From the NCBI GenBank assembly GCA_038184435.1, contig CP116227.1, positions 2,943,814 through 3,007,813 of the forward strand: a stretch of 64,000 bases of DNA. The letters are read 5' to 3'. A program made the translations under genes and the position numbers. The DNA comes from Nocardioides alkalitolerans (GTDB taxonomy: Bacteria; Actinomycetota; Actinomycetes; Propionibacteriales; Nocardioidaceae). The notes beneath the pieces were generated by a model. The model had not been told where the DNA came from. It saw nothing but the letters and a program-made list of their open reading frames with translations, and did not search any database. This document shows, in pieces, positions 8,792 to 21,204 of the stretch. Within the stretch, counting starts at the first letter, position 1. Every line of letters starts with the position of its first letter.

Positions 8792-9844
8792 TCACGGGCA
8801 CTCGAGCCCCGTCCTCTCCGCGAGCTGCGCCGGGGTGTCGCCGCGGCCGAGGGCGAGCGCGGTCTCGTCGAGCACGTAGGTGTAGTCGCCCTCGACGTCC
8901 ATGGCCTGCGCGAACGGCGCCGTGCGGGCGGACGACAGGGCGGTGACGGCCGCGGCGCTGTCGCCACCGGCGTCCACCTCCGCCACCCACCCGCAGACGA
9001 GGGTGTCGACGGCGGCGACGCCGAGCGTGTACGTCGTGGCCACTGCCGCGCCGTCCAGGTCGGCCACCGCCTGGGTCACCGCCGCACCGCGGTCGAGCCC
9101 CGGCGGCAGGTCGACGGTCGCGAACAGCGCGTCGAGCGCGGCGGGCTGGTCGGCGGCGAGCACGACGTCGTCGGGGAGGTGCGCCGCCAGCTCGTCTGCG
9201 GGGACGGGCTGCAGCACGTCGAGCACCGCGGGCAGCCCCGCGGCGTCGACCCCCGCGACCCGCACCTCGAGGAAGAAGGCACCCACGGGTTCCGCGATGA
9301 CGGCGTGTTCGTCGGGACCGTAGTCGACCCGCTCGGCGGGGCTCCCGAGCAGCGTGAGCGCGGTCGGTGCCGACACATCCGCGCGGTCCTCGCGGTAGGA
9401 GTCGTGCAGGCGGGCAGGACGCTGGTGGATGTCCACCTGCACCCCGCCGGGCGCGTCGTAGCTGAGCTCCCGCTCGTCCCCGGCGTCCCGCACGTAGGTG
9501 AGCTCCCACGCCGGGTCGCTCGCGACGACCCAGTCGCCGTCCGCGTAGACGCCGGTGCCGACCGCGGAGGCACTGGAGGATCCGGCGTCCCGCTCCTCGG
9601 GACCCCCGTCCCCCAGGAGCAACGGACCGAGGCCGATGAGCGCGACGGTGGAGGCGGCGGCGAGACCCACGAGCGCCGTACGCCGCGGGGTCCGCCACGC
9701 CGCCGGCACCCGCCGGGTCGCGGGCTCGGCCCGCAGCAGCTCGCCCAGCAGGGCCTGGCGCCCCTCGTGCAGGGGCAGGTCGCGCACCTCCTCGTCGGTG
9801 AGCGGGGGCGGCAGCAGCCGTCGGAGGTCGTCGGTGGCGGTCAT
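8792..9844 (-). CDS. Putative membrane-anchored anti-sigma factor
   Basis: Start overlaps the ECF sigma stop; short cytoplasmic N-terminus, one TM (TALVGLAAASTVALIGLGPLLLG), extracytoplasmic C-terminus. Confidence 0.6.
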   Translation of the reverse strand: MTATDDLRRLLPPPLTDEEVRDLPLHEGRQALLGELLRAEPATRRVPAAWRTPRRTALVGLAAASTVALIGLGPLLLGDGGPEERDAGSSSASAVGTGVYADGDWVVASDPAWELTYVRDAGDERELSYDAPGGVQVDIHQRPARLHDSYREDRADVSAPTALTLLGSPAERVDYGPDEHAVIAEPVGAFFLEVRVAGVDAAGLPAVLDVLQPVPADELAAHLPDDVVLAADQPAALDALFATVDLPPGLDRGAAVTQAVADLDGAAVATTYTLGVAAVDTLVCGWVAEVDAGGDSAAAVTALSSARTAPFAQAMDVEGDYTYVLDETALALGRGDTPAQLAERTGLECP

Positions 9845-10446
9845 CGGGACTCCCCGGGGGTGAGGTCGGTCGTGGGCACGGCGTCGGGCGTCAGCTCGCG
9901 CAGGCGGCGTCGGGAGCGGGAGAGGCGGGTGCGGACGGCGATCGCGGAGGTGCCGAGCACCTCGGCGATCTCCCGGGGCTCCAGGCCCTCCCAGGCCGCG
10001 AGCTCGAGCACCTCGCGGTCACGGGCGGCGAGCCGCGACAGGGCGTCGGCCGCCGCGAGGTGCTCGGTCACCGCGGTGGCGTGGTCGGGGACGACGACGC
10101 TGAGCTGGTGGCGGAGCCGGTCGCCGAGCGCGACCCGGCGCGAACCGCCCCGGCGGTGGTTGTCGAGGGTGCGGCGGGCGACGCCGTACAGCCACAGCCG
10201 CGTGCGCGGCTCCGCAGGCACGTCGGCGATCCGCCGCCACGCGACGAGGAACGTCTCGGCGACCACGTCGGCCGCGTCCTCGCTCACCTCGACGCGGCGC
10301 AGCGCGTAGCCCAGCATGGCGTCGAAGTGCGCGGCGTACAGGCGTTGGAACCGCTCCGCGACCGGCTCCTCGTCGTCGAGGAGGCCGCCGGACGGCGGTG
10401 GCGGGTCGTGCGTCGGGTCGTCGGCGTGCTCGGTCATCAGGATCAT
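9841..10446 (-). CDS. ECF RNA polymerase sigma-70 factor
   Basis: Region 2 DAADVVAETFLVAWRR..WLYGVARR; region 4 REIAEVLGTSAIAVRTRLSRSRRRL. Confidence 0.92.
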   Translation of the reverse strand: MILMTEHADDPTHDPPPPSGGLLDDEEPVAERFQRLYAAHFDAMLGYALRRVEVSEDAADVVAETFLVAWRRIADVPAEPRTRLWLYGVARRTLDNHRRGGSRRVALGDRLRHQLSVVVPDHATAVTEHLAAADALSRLAARDREVLELAAWEGLEPREIAEVLGTSAIAVRTRLSRSRRRLRELTPDAVPTTDLTPGESR

Positions 10447-10456
10447 GCTCCGTACG

Positions 10457-10482
10457 TGTCCGGCACCCGAGCCGGCGTTGCA
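10457..10482 (-). promoter_or_regulatory. Candidate ECF-type autoregulatory promoter
   Basis: Minus strand TGCAAC...CCGGACA, 10 nt before the ATG at 10446; the AAC -35 core is typical of ECF promoters. Confidence 0.35.
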
Positions 10483-10484
10483 CC

Positions 10485-10958
10485 TCAGCCGCGGTTGCGT
10501 CGCCAGACCACGAGCGACTGGCCCGGGTCGGGCCCGCGGAGCACCGGCAGGTTCGCCGGGCGGACCGGCGCCGCCGGCGCTGTCGTACGGCGCTGGGCGA
10601 GCGCCTGCCGGAGCGCGTCGCGCGTCGCCTCGAGCTCGGCGGCCAGCTCGTCGTTACGGGCCCGCAGCGCGGCGAGGTGGTTCTCGAGGTCGAGGATGCG
10701 ACGGACGCCCTCGATGCCCGTCCCGGCCGCCGTGAGCTCGGCGATGTCGCGGAGCCGGTCGACGTCGCGCGCCGAGTAGCGACGCCCACCGCCGCCGGTG
10801 CGGCCCGGGTTGATGAGACCCATCCGCTCGTAGGCGCGCAGCGTCTGCGGGTGCAGCCCGGTCAGCTCCGCCGCGACGGAGATGACGAAGACGGCCGCGT
10901 CGGGGTCGGGCGGCCCGGGACGCCGCGGACCACCCGCACCACCCGGACCGGCCATCAC
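10485..10958 (-). CDS. hspR: Heat shock repressor HspR (MerR family)
   Basis: [40 protein letters not shown]; last gene of the dnaK operon. Confidence 0.95.
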   Translation of the reverse strand: MMAGPGGAGGPRRPGPPDPDAAVFVISVAAELTGLHPQTLRAYERMGLINPGRTGGGGRRYSARDVDRLRDIAELTAAGTGIEGVRRILDLENHLAALRARNDELAAELEATRDALRQALAQRRTTAPAAPVRPANLPVLRGPDPGQSLVVWRRNRG

Positions 10959-12106
10959 GACTCCTCGAACAGTCCGGCCCGCAACGGCTTGCCGGCCACG
11001 GCAGCACGGTAGTTCTCGATCGCCTCGCGCGCCGCCGGATCCAGCGTGGCGGGCACCTGGACCTCGACGGTGGCGAGCAGGTCACCGACGGTCCCGTCCG
11101 CGCGTCGCGCCCCCTTGCCGCGCACCCGGAAGGTGCGGCCGTTCGGCGTGCCCGGCGGGATCCGGAGCGTCACCGGCGCACCACCGAGGGTGGGCACCTT
11201 GATCTCGGCGCCGAGGGCGAGCTCGTCGAAGCCGACCGGTACGTCGAGGGTGAGGTTGTCGTCCTTGCGGCCGAACAGGCGGTGGCCGGCCACCTTGACG
11301 GTGACGAACAGGTCGCCCGCGGGACCACCGTTCTCCCCCGGCGCACCCTTGCCGCGGAGGCGGATGCGCTGGCCGTCCTTGACGCCGGCCGGGATGCGGG
11401 CCTGGATGGTGCGCGCCGCCGTGCCGCGACCCGAGCCGTGGCAGGTGGGGCAGGACTCGTCGTACACCAGCTGGCGGCCGTGGCAGACCGGGCAGGTCTC
11501 GTTCATCGAGAACGCCCCGCCCACGGAGCCGGTGATGTAGCCCGCGCCCTCGCACTCGGTGCAGATGTGCGGCTTCGTGCCGGGCTTGCCGCCCGTGCCG
11601 CTGCACGTCGAGCACGCGGCCTCGCTGCTCAGCCGCAGGGAGATGGTGACGCCCTCGAGGGCGTCGGTGAAGCTGATGGTCGCCGTGCTCTCGACGTCGG
11701 CGCCCTTCGTGGCGCGGCTGCGGGTCTGCTGCCGACGCCCGAAGAGGTCGCCGAACATGTCGCCCAGACCACCGGCACCGCCGGCGCCTCCGCGGTCGCG
11801 CAGCAGGTCGGACAGGTCGAAGCCCCCTCCGCCACCGCCGCCGAAGCCACCCCCGAAGCCACCCCCGAAGGACGGCGCGGACCGGATGTCGTCGTACTGC
11901 TTGCGCTTCGCCGGGTCACCGATGACGTCGTAGGCCTCGGCGACCTTCTTGAACGTCTCGTGCTTGGCGGTGTCCCCGGGGTTCGAGTCGGGGTGGTTGG
12001 CGCGCGCGAGCTTGCGGTAGGCCTTCTTGATGTCGTCGGCGGAGGCGTCCTTGCCCACCCCGAGCACCTTGTAGAAGTCCTTCGTCGCCCAGTCGGCGTT
12101 GCTCAT
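10955..12106 (-). CDS. dnaJ: Molecular chaperone DnaJ
   Basis: J domain with HPD, G/F-rich region, four CxxCxGxG-type zinc motifs. Confidence 0.96.
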   Translation of the reverse strand: MSNADWATKDFYKVLGVGKDASADDIKKAYRKLARANHPDSNPGDTAKHETFKKVAEAYDVIGDPAKRKQYDDIRSAPSFGGGFGGGFGGGGGGGFDLSDLLRDRGGAGGAGGLGDMFGDLFGRRQQTRSRATKGADVESTATISFTDALEGVTISLRLSSEAACSTCSGTGGKPGTKPHICTECEGAGYITGSVGGAFSMNETCPVCHGRQLVYDESCPTCHGSGRGTAARTIQARIPAGVKDGQRIRLRGKGAPGENGGPAGDLFVTVKVAGHRLFGRKDDNLTLDVPVGFDELALGAEIKVPTLGGAPVTLRIPPGTPNGRTFRVRGKGARRADGTVGDLLATVEVQVPATLDPAAREAIENYRAAVAGKPLRAGLFEES

Positions 12107-12144
12107 CCGCGCACCTCCTCGAGAGTTCGGTCGTCAGTCGTGGG

Positions 12145-12178
12145 TCCGCCGGGCCCGGGAGGTCCCGGGCCCGGCGGA
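12145..12178. repeat. Perfect 16-bp-arm stem-loop between grpE and dnaJ
   Basis: TCCGCCGGGCCCGGGA-gg-TCCCGGGCCCGGCGGA. Confidence 0.75.
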
Positions 12179-12185
12179 GCGGTCG

Positions 12186-12805
12186 TCAGTCCTCGGGATC
12201 GACGACCAGCACCTGCGCCGCGCGCACCACGCGGTCACCGATGCGGTAGCCCGCCTTCGCGACCACCTTCACCGTCTGCACGGTGACGTCCGCATCGGTG
12301 CCGAGGTGCGACAGCGCCTCGTGCAGGTTGGGGTCGAACGCGTCGCCCGGCGCGCCGAAGCGGGTCAGGCCCTGCGCGCCCACGACACGCTCCAGCTGGT
12401 CGGCCACCGCCTTGAAGCCGCCCTCGAGGGGGCCGTGCTCCTGGGCGCGGTCGATCGTGTCGAGCACCTCGATGACGGGGGTGAGCACCTTGTACGCCGC
12501 GTTCTGCGCCAGCAGCTCGCGGTCGCGCTCGACCCGTCGCTTGTAGTTGAGGAACTCCGCCTGCAGCCGCTGGAGGTCGGCCGTGCGCTCGGCCAGCTCC
12601 ATCTGCGTCACGGCCAGCTCGTCGGACGCCGCCGTGTGCTCGGCCGGCTCGGCCTCGGCCTGCGGGGCCTCGGCCTGCGGGGCCTCGGCCTGCGGGTCCT
12701 CGGGCTCGTGCACGTCCGGGGCGTCACCCTCGGCGATGTGCGACTCCGTCGGCTCCTCCACCGACGGGTCGTTCACCTCCTCGCGGTCACCGTCACCGGG
12801 AGCGG

Positions 12806-12809
<4 letters not shown>
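12186..12809 (-). CDS. grpE: Nucleotide exchange factor GrpE
   Basis: [42 protein letters not shown]. Confidence 0.95.
12651..12695. repeat. 3 x 15-bp tandem repeat in grpE (PQAEA)
   Basis: GGCCTCGGCCTGCGG x3. Confidence 0.85.
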
Positions 12810-14656
<1,847 letters not shown>

Positions 14657-14790
14657 GTGTGCCTCCTGCTGCGTGGGTTGCTGACGTGGATGTCCGTCGG
14701 GCCGGTCCGTCAGGCGCTGCGAGCGTCGAGCGCCCCGGCGCACCGGGCGTGTTGTCCATGGTGCGTCGCCGGACGACGTCTCGCAAGTTA

Positions 14791-14811
14791 CCTGAGTCGG
14801 TTCGACTCAAC
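14791..14811. promoter_or_regulatory. HAIR operator (HspR binding site)
   Basis: CCTGAGT-N7-ACTCAAC versus consensus CTTGAGT-N7-ACTCAAG, upstream of dnaK. Confidence 0.85.
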
Positions 14812-14924
14812 TTTCTTGCCAGGCATAACGCCGGCGGCGGCAGGATCATCCCGCGTCGGGGTGTGGCGCCCGTCACCACGGGCGGCGCCGGGGGTCGTGG
14901 CCGCCAGCGCAGGTCAGGCGGGCG

Positions 14925-15530
14925 TCACTCGATGGTGACGCTGACCTCGTTGGAGGTGACGCCGGTCGACGGGTCGATCGCACGGATGCGGTTCTCTCCC
15001 GGCCGACCGAGGGCGATGTAGGTGCTGAACAGCTCGCCGGAGACGGCGGCGTTGGCGGCGATGTCGTTCCAGCTTCCGTCGGTGAAGCGCTGGATGGTGA
15101 GGATCGCCCCGTCCCCGCCGGTGTAGATGCCCGACACGTCGATCCGCTCCATGGGGCCGGCGGTCGTCCGGCTGACCTGCAGGGTGAGCTCCCCCTCGGC
15201 GGCCTCGGTGGTCGTGGTCGTCGTGGGCTCGGTCGGCTCCGCGGGAGCGGACCCCTCCTCGCCCTCTCCCTCGTCCCCGGGCGTGAGGGTGATGAGCGGG
15301 CCGCTGGCGGTCGCCGTCTCGGTGACCGGCGGGAGCGAGAGCGTGGGCTCGACGGCCGCGCCACCGCCGCCTCCGCCGCCCCCGCCGTTCAGGCCGAACA
15401 CGCGGGCACCGCCGAGGGCGACCACGCCCACGATGAGACCGACGATGAGACTCACGCCGACGAGCGCGATGACGCCCACCAGGACCGGCCGGTCCTCCGT
15501 CTCGTCCACCACGTCGTCGACTCCCGTCAC
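14925..15530 (-). CDS. Hypothetical membrane-anchored protein
   Basis: N-terminal TM, Gly/Thr/Pro-rich linker, beta-rich C-terminal domain. Confidence 0.7.
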   Translation of the reverse strand: MTGVDDVVDETEDRPVLVGVIALVGVSLIVGLIVGVVALGGARVFGLNGGGGGGGGGAAVEPTLSLPPVTETATASGPLITLTPGDEGEGEEGSAPAEPTEPTTTTTTEAAEGELTLQVSRTTAGPMERIDVSGIYTGGDGAILTIQRFTDGSWNDIAANAAVSGELFSTYIALGRPGENRIRAIDPSTGVTSNEVSVTIE

Positions 15531-15596
15531 GTCGGCTCCGGGGCCCCACGGCCTCCGCGTCGAGCCATTGTCGTCGGCGGGCGCCCGGGCGCCAAC

Positions 15597-15644
15597 ACCG
15601 ACCCGCGCACCGACCCGCGCACCGGCCCGCGCACCGGCCCGCGC
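15597..15644. repeat. 4 x 12-bp intergenic tandem repeat
   Basis: ACCG(A/G)CCCGCGC x4. Confidence 0.85.
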
Positions 15645-15645
15645 C

Positions 15646-16557
15646 TCAGGCCCCCCGCGGTCGCAGCGCGACCTCGTGGACCGGCGTCGCCTTCAGCTTC
15701 GCGTCACCGCAGCTCGCGGGGCTCGGGACCCCGGGACGCGACGTCACCGCGGCGTACCAGCGCTGCCCCGCACCGCGCACCTCCAGCTCCACCCCGCCCG
15801 CGCCCGTGTCCACGACGGCGACGGCGTCGAGGCCCGTCAGCCCGAGCCGGCGCCGCAGCGCGAGCTCGGCGACCTGCGCGGACGCCGGCCGCCCGGTGCG
15901 CCCGCGGGTCACGTCCAGCGGGAGGCGTCCGGCCTCCAGCTCCGCGCACGCGGCGAGGGCCGTCGCCGGGTCGAGTCGGCCGAGGGCCACCCCGGCGGGC
16001 AGGGCGAGCAGCGTCGCCGAGAACCGGTGCCCCCCGAGGTGCGTCGTCTCCCAGGTGGCCTCCGGCCAGCGCTCGGCGAGCGCCGCGGCGACCGGACGGC
16101 CCAGCTCCGCGCAGCACACGTCGCGGCGGCCGTTGGTGCAGACCAGCCAGAGGGGACCGCCGTACGGCGCCGCCCCGGCCAGGCGCCCGGCCGCCAGGTC
16201 CGCGGGGTCGTGGTCGAGGAGGGCCCGCAGGTCGTCGACCTCCAGCCGCGTGACGACGAGCGCGCCACCCGGTCCGCCGGGCCGCGCCGCCAGCACGGTG
16301 CGCCCCGCTCCGGTAGCTACCGCCGAGCGACCCGGCCGACGCACGAGCTGCACCCGCACGTCGGGCGCCCCGGGCGCCACGTGGGCACCGAGCCCGCCGA
16401 GCAGCGCGGCGACGTCGTCGGGAAGGTCGCTCTCGCGCAGCGCCTTGCGGCCCCACGGGCCGGGTTGCTCGACGAGGAGCCAGACGCCCTCGCCGGGCGC
16501 GGTGCCCGCCTGGTCCTCGCCGGCGGCGGCGCTGAGGGCGGTGCAGCGGTCGGTCAC
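15646..16557 (-). CDS. Sucrase/ferredoxin-like (thioredoxin-like 2Fe-2S) protein
   Basis: WLLVEQPGPWG, LVCTNGRRDVCCA, WETTHLGGHRFSAT, RGR motifs. Confidence 0.88.
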   Translation of the reverse strand: MTDRCTALSAAAGEDQAGTAPGEGVWLLVEQPGPWGRKALRESDLPDDVAALLGGLGAHVAPGAPDVRVQLVRRPGRSAVATGAGRTVLAARPGGPGGALVVTRLEVDDLRALLDHDPADLAAGRLAGAAPYGGPLWLVCTNGRRDVCCAELGRPVAAALAERWPEATWETTHLGGHRFSATLLALPAGVALGRLDPATALAACAELEAGRLPLDVTRGRTGRPASAQVAELALRRRLGLTGLDAVAVVDTGAGGVELEVRGAGQRWYAAVTSRPGVPSPASCGDAKLKATPVHEVALRPRGA

Positions 16558-16564
16558 CCGGCCA

Positions 16565-17776
16565 TCATGACGCGCCCGCGTGGGGCAGCACCGGCCGCCC
16601 GCGCTGCCACACGCCCGCGACGAGGGGGACGCCCGGCCGGTAGGCAAGGTGAGCGTGGCTCGGCGCGTCGAGCAGCACGAGGTCGGCGCGCGCCCCCGGG
16701 ACGATGCGGCCGACGTCGTCGCGCGCCAGCGCCCGCGCTCCGCCGCGCGTCGCGGCCAGCACGGCCTCGGTGGGGGTCGTGCCCATCTCGCGGACCGCCA
16801 GCGCGACGCAGAAGGGCAGCGAGCTGGTGAAGCTCGACCCCGGGTTGCAGTCCGAGGCGAGGGCGACGTGCACGCCGGCGTCGAGCAGCCGCCGGGCGTC
16901 GGGGTAGGGCTGCCGCGTCGAGAACTCGACCCCGGGGAGCAGGGTCGCCGTCGTGCCGGAGTCCGCGAGCGCCGCCACGTCGGCGTCGTCGAGGTAGGTG
17001 CAGTGGTCGACCGCCGCCAGCCCCAGCTCGCAGGCCAGCCGCACGCCCGGACCCGGGCCGAGCTGGTTGGCGTGGAGGCGACCGCCGAGCCCCACCGCGG
17101 CTCCGGCGGCCAGCACCGCCCGCGCCTGGTCGACGTCGAACGCACCGGTCTCGCAGAACACGTCGATCCAGCGGGCATGGGGCGCGCACGCCTCGAGCAT
17201 CGGACCGGTGACGAGGTCGACGTACGCCGCGGGGTCGCCCGGGCTGCCGTCGGATCCGTCCGGCACCACGTGGGCGCCGAGGTAGGTCGTCTCCTCGGTC
17301 AGCCGTCGGGCCACCGCGAGGCTGCGGGCCTCGTCACGCACCGTCAGCCCGTAGCCCGACTTGATCTCGACCGTCGTCGTGCCCTGGCGCAGCATCTCGG
17401 TCACGAGGCGGCTCGCGCCGGCCAGCAGGGCCTCGTCGGACGCCGCCCGCGTGGCGGCCACGGTCGTGCGGATGCCACCCGCGGCGTACCGCTCCCCCGC
17501 CATCCGGGCCGTGAACTCGGCCGCCCGGTCGCCCGCGAAGACGAGGTGGGCGTGGGAGTCCACGAATCCGGGGACGACGGCACGTCCGCCCGCGTCGACG
17601 TGGACGTCGGCCGCGAGCGCAGCGGACCGCGCCTCCTCGGCCGTGCCGACCCACGCGACACGGTCGCCCTCGAGCACGACGGCGGCCCGCTCGAGCACGA
17701 GCGGGAGCTCGGGCCCCTCGTCGTCCGGCAGGCGCCCGGTGAGGAGCTCACCGATGCCGGTGAGCAGCACGCTCAC
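16565..17776 (-). CDS. hutI: Imidazolonepropionase
   Basis: [52 protein letters not shown]. Confidence 0.93.
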   Translation of the reverse strand: MSVLLTGIGELLTGRLPDDEGPELPLVLERAAVVLEGDRVAWVGTAEEARSAALAADVHVDAGGRAVVPGFVDSHAHLVFAGDRAAEFTARMAGERYAAGGIRTTVAATRAASDEALLAGASRLVTEMLRQGTTTVEIKSGYGLTVRDEARSLAVARRLTEETTYLGAHVVPDGSDGSPGDPAAYVDLVTGPMLEACAPHARWIDVFCETGAFDVDQARAVLAAGAAVGLGGRLHANQLGPGPGVRLACELGLAAVDHCTYLDDADVAALADSGTTATLLPGVEFSTRQPYPDARRLLDAGVHVALASDCNPGSSFTSSLPFCVALAVREMGTTPTEAVLAATRGGARALARDDVGRIVPGARADLVLLDAPSHAHLAYRPGVPLVAGVWQRGRPVLPHAGAS

Positions 17777-19185
17777 GGGCGCACCTCCGCTGGACGCACC
17801 TCGGCTGGACGCACCTCGGCGATCGCCGTGATCGCCTCCGCCAGGAGCGCGCCCACCGCGGGTGCGTCGGCCGCCCGGTGCACGACCCGCCCGTCGGCCA
17901 CGACGTGGACCACGTCGGCGGCGCTCGCGGCGAAGACGGCCGTGTGCTCGTCGGCCCCGGTGCCCGCCGTGCGGGGCGAGGCCGTGTCGAGGGTGACGAG
18001 GTCCGCCCGAGCCCCGACCGCGATGCGCCCCGCGTCGCGCACGCCGAGCGAGGCGTGGCCGTCGACGGTGGCGGCGGCGAGCAGCTCGGCGGCCGTGAAG
18101 TGGCCGCGGCGGCGCGCCGCCAGCCGCTCGTGCATCTCGACGGCCCGCATCTCCTCGAACGGGTCGACGACCGCGTGGCTGTCGCTGCCGAGGGTGAGTC
18201 TCGCTCCGGCGTCGACGAGCGCACGGGCGGGCCCGATGCCGTCGCCCAGGTCGCGCTCGGTGGTGGGGCAGAACGCGACGTAGGCGCCCGCGGACCCGAG
18301 CGTCCCGACGTCGGCGGGGGTGAGGTGGGTGGCGTGCACGAGGCTCGTCATCGGGCCCAGCATGCCGTGGCGGGCCAGGAGCCCGGTCGGGGTCAGGCCC
18401 GTGGCCGCACGGCACTGCTCGTTCTCCGCCACCTGCTCGGAGAGGTGGACGTGGAGCGGCTCCGCGCCCCCGCCGACGCCGGCGCGCCCGAGCTCCGCGA
18501 GCGCGGCCGGGGGCACGGCGCGCACGGAGTGCAGGGCGGTGCCGACGCGCGCGGGGGCGTCGTGCTCGGCGACCGCGCGCCGCAGGTCCGCGTGGCGGCG
18601 GAGCCACGCGGCGGCCGAGCCGTCGTCGAAGCGTCGCTGGACACCCTCGGTCGGCCGCCCGAACCCGGCCGCCAGGTAGCACGTGTCGAGCAGGGTCATC
18701 CGCATCCCGACCTCGGCCGCGGCCTCCACCACGGCGAGCGCCATGGCGTGCGGACCGCCGTCGGCCGCGCCGTACGGGGTCCCGTCGGGCCGGTGGTGCA
18801 CGTAGTGGAACTCGCCCACGCTCGTGATCCCGGCCGCGAGCATCTCGCGGAGGACGGCGCGGGCGAGCAGCCGGTACGACGCGGGGTCGAGGCGCGCGGC
18901 GAGGCCGTACATGTCGTCGCGCCACGTCCAGAACGAGCCACCGCCGCGCTGCACCCGCCCCCGCAGGGCGCGGTGGAACAGGTGGGAGTGGGTGTTCGCG
19001 AGGCCCGGGAGCGTCAGGCCCGCGAGGCGCTCGGCCCCCGCGGCCGCCGCGTCGTCGGGCCCCTCCGCGCGGCGTACCTCGACGAAGCGCCCGCGCTCGA
19101 TGCGCACGACGACGTCGTCGTGCACCCGGGGCGCCTGACCGGGCAGGGCGAGCCACACGCGCTCGAGGCGGTAGGTCGTCGTCAC
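17773..19185 (-). CDS. hutF: Formimidoylglutamate deiminase
   Basis: [60 protein letters not shown]. Confidence 0.93.
   Translation of the reverse strand: MTTTYRLERVWLALPGQAPRVHDDVVVRIERGRFVEVRRAEGPDDAAAAGAERLAGLTLPGLANTHSHLFHRALRGRVQRGGGSFWTWRDDMYGLAARLDPASYRLLARAVLREMLAAGITSVGEFHYVHHRPDGTPYGAADGGPHAMALAVVEAAAEVGMRMTLLDTCYLAAGFGRPTEGVQRRFDDGSAAAWLRRHADLRRAVAEHDAPARVGTALHSVRAVPPAALAELGRAGVGGGAEPLHVHLSEQVAENEQCRAATGLTPTGLLARHGMLGPMTSLVHATHLTPADVGTLGSAGAYVAFCPTTERDLGDGIGPARALVDAGARLTLGSDSHAVVDPFEEMRAVEMHERLAARRRGHFTAAELLAAATVDGHASLGVRDAGRIAVGARADLVTLDTASPRTAGTGADEHTAVFAASAADVVHVVADGRVVHRAADAPAVGALLAEAITAIAEVRPAEVRPAEVRP
17781..17820. repeat. About 2.7 x 15-bp tandem repeat at the hutF 3' end (EVRPA)
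   Basis: GCACCTC(C/G)GCTGGAC repeated. Confidence 0.75.
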
Positions 19186-19283
19186 GTGCCGATCCCACGC
19201 CCCGCGGGCGGCGGGGTCAACGCGCACGGACGCGGCGGCGTCTCGGATGCGAGACGGCGCGACGACCTGAGAGGGTGGCCCCC

Positions 19284-19898
19284 ATGGAGTTCTCCGAGGT
19301 GGTGCGCCGGCGGCGCATGGTGCGCCGGTACGCCGACCGTCCCGTCGACCCCGCTCTCGTCGACCGCATGCTCGAGCACGCCACGCGCGCACCCAGCGCC
19401 GGCTTCAGCCAGGGGTGGGCCTTCCTCCGGCTCGACACGCCCGTGGACGTCGCCCGGTTCTGGGAGGTGACGACGCCCGAGCACGCCGACCCGGAGAGCC
19501 GCTGGTTGACCGGTATGCGGTCGGCGCCCGTCGTGATCGTGCCCCTCACCTCGAAGGACGCCTACCTCGACCGCTACGCCGCCCCCGACAAGGGCTGGAC
19601 CGACCGCGACGAGGCGCGCTGGCCGGTGCCGTACTGGTACGTCGACGCCGGCATGGCGACCCTCCTCATCCTGCAGACGGTCGTCGAGGAGGGCCTGGGC
19701 GCCTGCTTCTTCGGCATCACGCCCTCCCGGGTCGACGACTTCCGCGCGGCGTTCGGCGTGCCCGCGGCCTACCAGCCCCTCGGTGCGATCACCATCGGTC
19801 ACCGCCACCCCGACGACACCGGGTCCCGCGGGTCACCGGCGCGGCGGGAGCGGCGCGCTGTCGACGAGGTCGTGCACCGGGGCTACTGGGGCGGCTGA
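19284..19898 (+). CDS. Nitroreductase family protein
   Basis: VVRRRRMVRRY, RAPSAGFSQGW, GLGACFFG. Confidence 0.9.
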   Translation: MEFSEVVRRRRMVRRYADRPVDPALVDRMLEHATRAPSAGFSQGWAFLRLDTPVDVARFWEVTTPEHADPESRWLTGMRSAPVVIVPLTSKDAYLDRYAAPDKGWTDRDEARWPVPYWYVDAGMATLLILQTVVEEGLGACFFGITPSRVDDFRAAFGVPAAYQPLGAITIGHRHPDDTGSRGSPARRERRAVDEVVHRGYWGG

Positions 19899-21137
19899 GC
19901 GCGCCCCCGGCGCCGCGTCGTCGGCGCACGTCTGGAGCAGGGCCTCGCCCACGAGGGCGTTGAAGGCCGACAGGTCGGGCGTCACCGTGTCGAGGTCGCG
20001 GCCGGTCACGGCGACCGTGACGGACCGCTGCCCGTCGGCCGAGGCGTAGGAGACCGTCCAGGTGCCGTAGCTCGCACCGTCGTGGCCGTGGAGGTAGCTC
20101 CCCGGCTCGCAGGGGTCGGGCACCCGGTAGCTGCCCAGCCCGTAGGCCAGCGGCTCCGTCGCGACCACCTGACGCATGAGCCGCACCGAGCCCGCACCGA
20201 GGAGCGTGCCGGTGCCGAGGGCCCGCTGGAAGCGGTTGAGGTCCTCCGCCGTCGTGACGAGTCCGCCGGCCGCGCCGAACATGGTGGGGTCGAAGACGGA
20301 CAGGTCGACGCGCTCGCCGTACATCGTCGCGTACTCCGTGAGGGCGTCCGCGGGCAGTCGGGAATCGTCGGGCAGCGAGGTCCGCCACATGCCGGCCGGC
20401 ACCAGCACCCAGCTCCGCAGCAGGTCGCCGAGCCGCTGGCCGGTGACACGCTGGAGCAGCTCGCCGACGACCACGAAGCCGGTGTTGGAGTAGGCGAACT
20501 CGCCGCGCGGCGTCCAGGGCGCACCGGCCCCGTAGGCGATCAGCTCGGCGGGCTCGCGGGGCTCCGCGAGGACCTCGAGGAACCGCTCGGTCGAGTAGTC
20601 GTCACCGCTCTCGGCGACGAGCAGCGGCGTCAGGTACTCCGGCAGCCCGGCCGTGTGGCTCAGCAGCTCCTGCACGGTCACGTCGCCGTGCTCGCCGAGG
20701 AGGCCCGGCGCGACGTCGTCCACCGTCGTGTCCAGCCGCCACAGCCCCCTCTCCTGGGCCTTCAGCGCGAGCACGGCCGTCAGCATCTTCGTCGTGCTCG
20801 CGGAGCGGAACCGGTCGCGCGGCTGCGCGGGCTCCGACGACGCCAGGTCACGCACCCCGTCGGCGCCCGACCACCGCCCACGCTCGCCGCGGACCTCGCC
20901 GACCACCGCGACGTGCTCCTCGTCGACCGCCGCGGCCATCGCGGCTTCGAGCGCCGCCGTGTCGTAGGGCAACGGATCCGCCGCCTGCTGGCCCTGCTGG
21001 CCCTGTTGGACCTGCTCCGCGGTCGACGCCTGGGCCGCCACCGGCGCCAGCAGGGACATGACGGCGGCGCTCGCGAGCGTCGCCGCCCGGCGCGCGGAGC
21101 GCCGTCCGGTCGTGGTGGTGGTCGTCGTCGTGCTCAT
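19833..21137 (-). CDS. Secreted serine hydrolase (beta-lactamase/D-Ala-D-Ala carboxypeptidase family)
   Basis: Signal peptide; SxxK (STTK), YSN and GHDG motifs. Confidence 0.88.
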   Translation of the reverse strand: MSTTTTTTTTGRRSARRAATLASAAVMSLLAPVAAQASTAEQVQQGQQGQQAADPLPYDTAALEAAMAAAVDEEHVAVVGEVRGERGRWSGADGVRDLASSEPAQPRDRFRSASTTKMLTAVLALKAQERGLWRLDTTVDDVAPGLLGEHGDVTVQELLSHTAGLPEYLTPLLVAESGDDYSTERFLEVLAEPREPAELIAYGAGAPWTPRGEFAYSNTGFVVVGELLQRVTGQRLGDLLRSWVLVPAGMWRTSLPDDSRLPADALTEYATMYGERVDLSVFDPTMFGAAGGLVTTAEDLNRFQRALGTGTLLGAGSVRLMRQVVATEPLAYGLGSYRVPDPCEPGSYLHGHDGASYGTWTVSYASADGQRSVTVAVTGRDLDTVTPDLSAFNALVGEALLQTCADDAAPGARSAAPVAPVHDLVDSAPLPPRR

Positions 21138-21204
21138 GCGTGCTCCCCCTTCGTGGCCGTGGCCACCCCGCCCGTCGGGGTCTGCCGAGATCAGGCCCTG
21201 GTCG

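Noticed and set aside
15597-15644. Tandem repeats as a possible CRISPR array
   Set aside because: Units abut with no unique spacers; no cas genes in the window.
19833-19898. 66-bp tail-to-tail overlap of the nitroreductase and serine hydrolase genes as antisense regulation
   Set aside because: Short convergent overlaps are common in high-GC genomes; nothing specific supports a function.
19833-21137. Beta-lactam resistance gene
   Set aside because: SxxK/YxN motifs are shared by many carboxypeptidases and esterases; specificity cannot be inferred.
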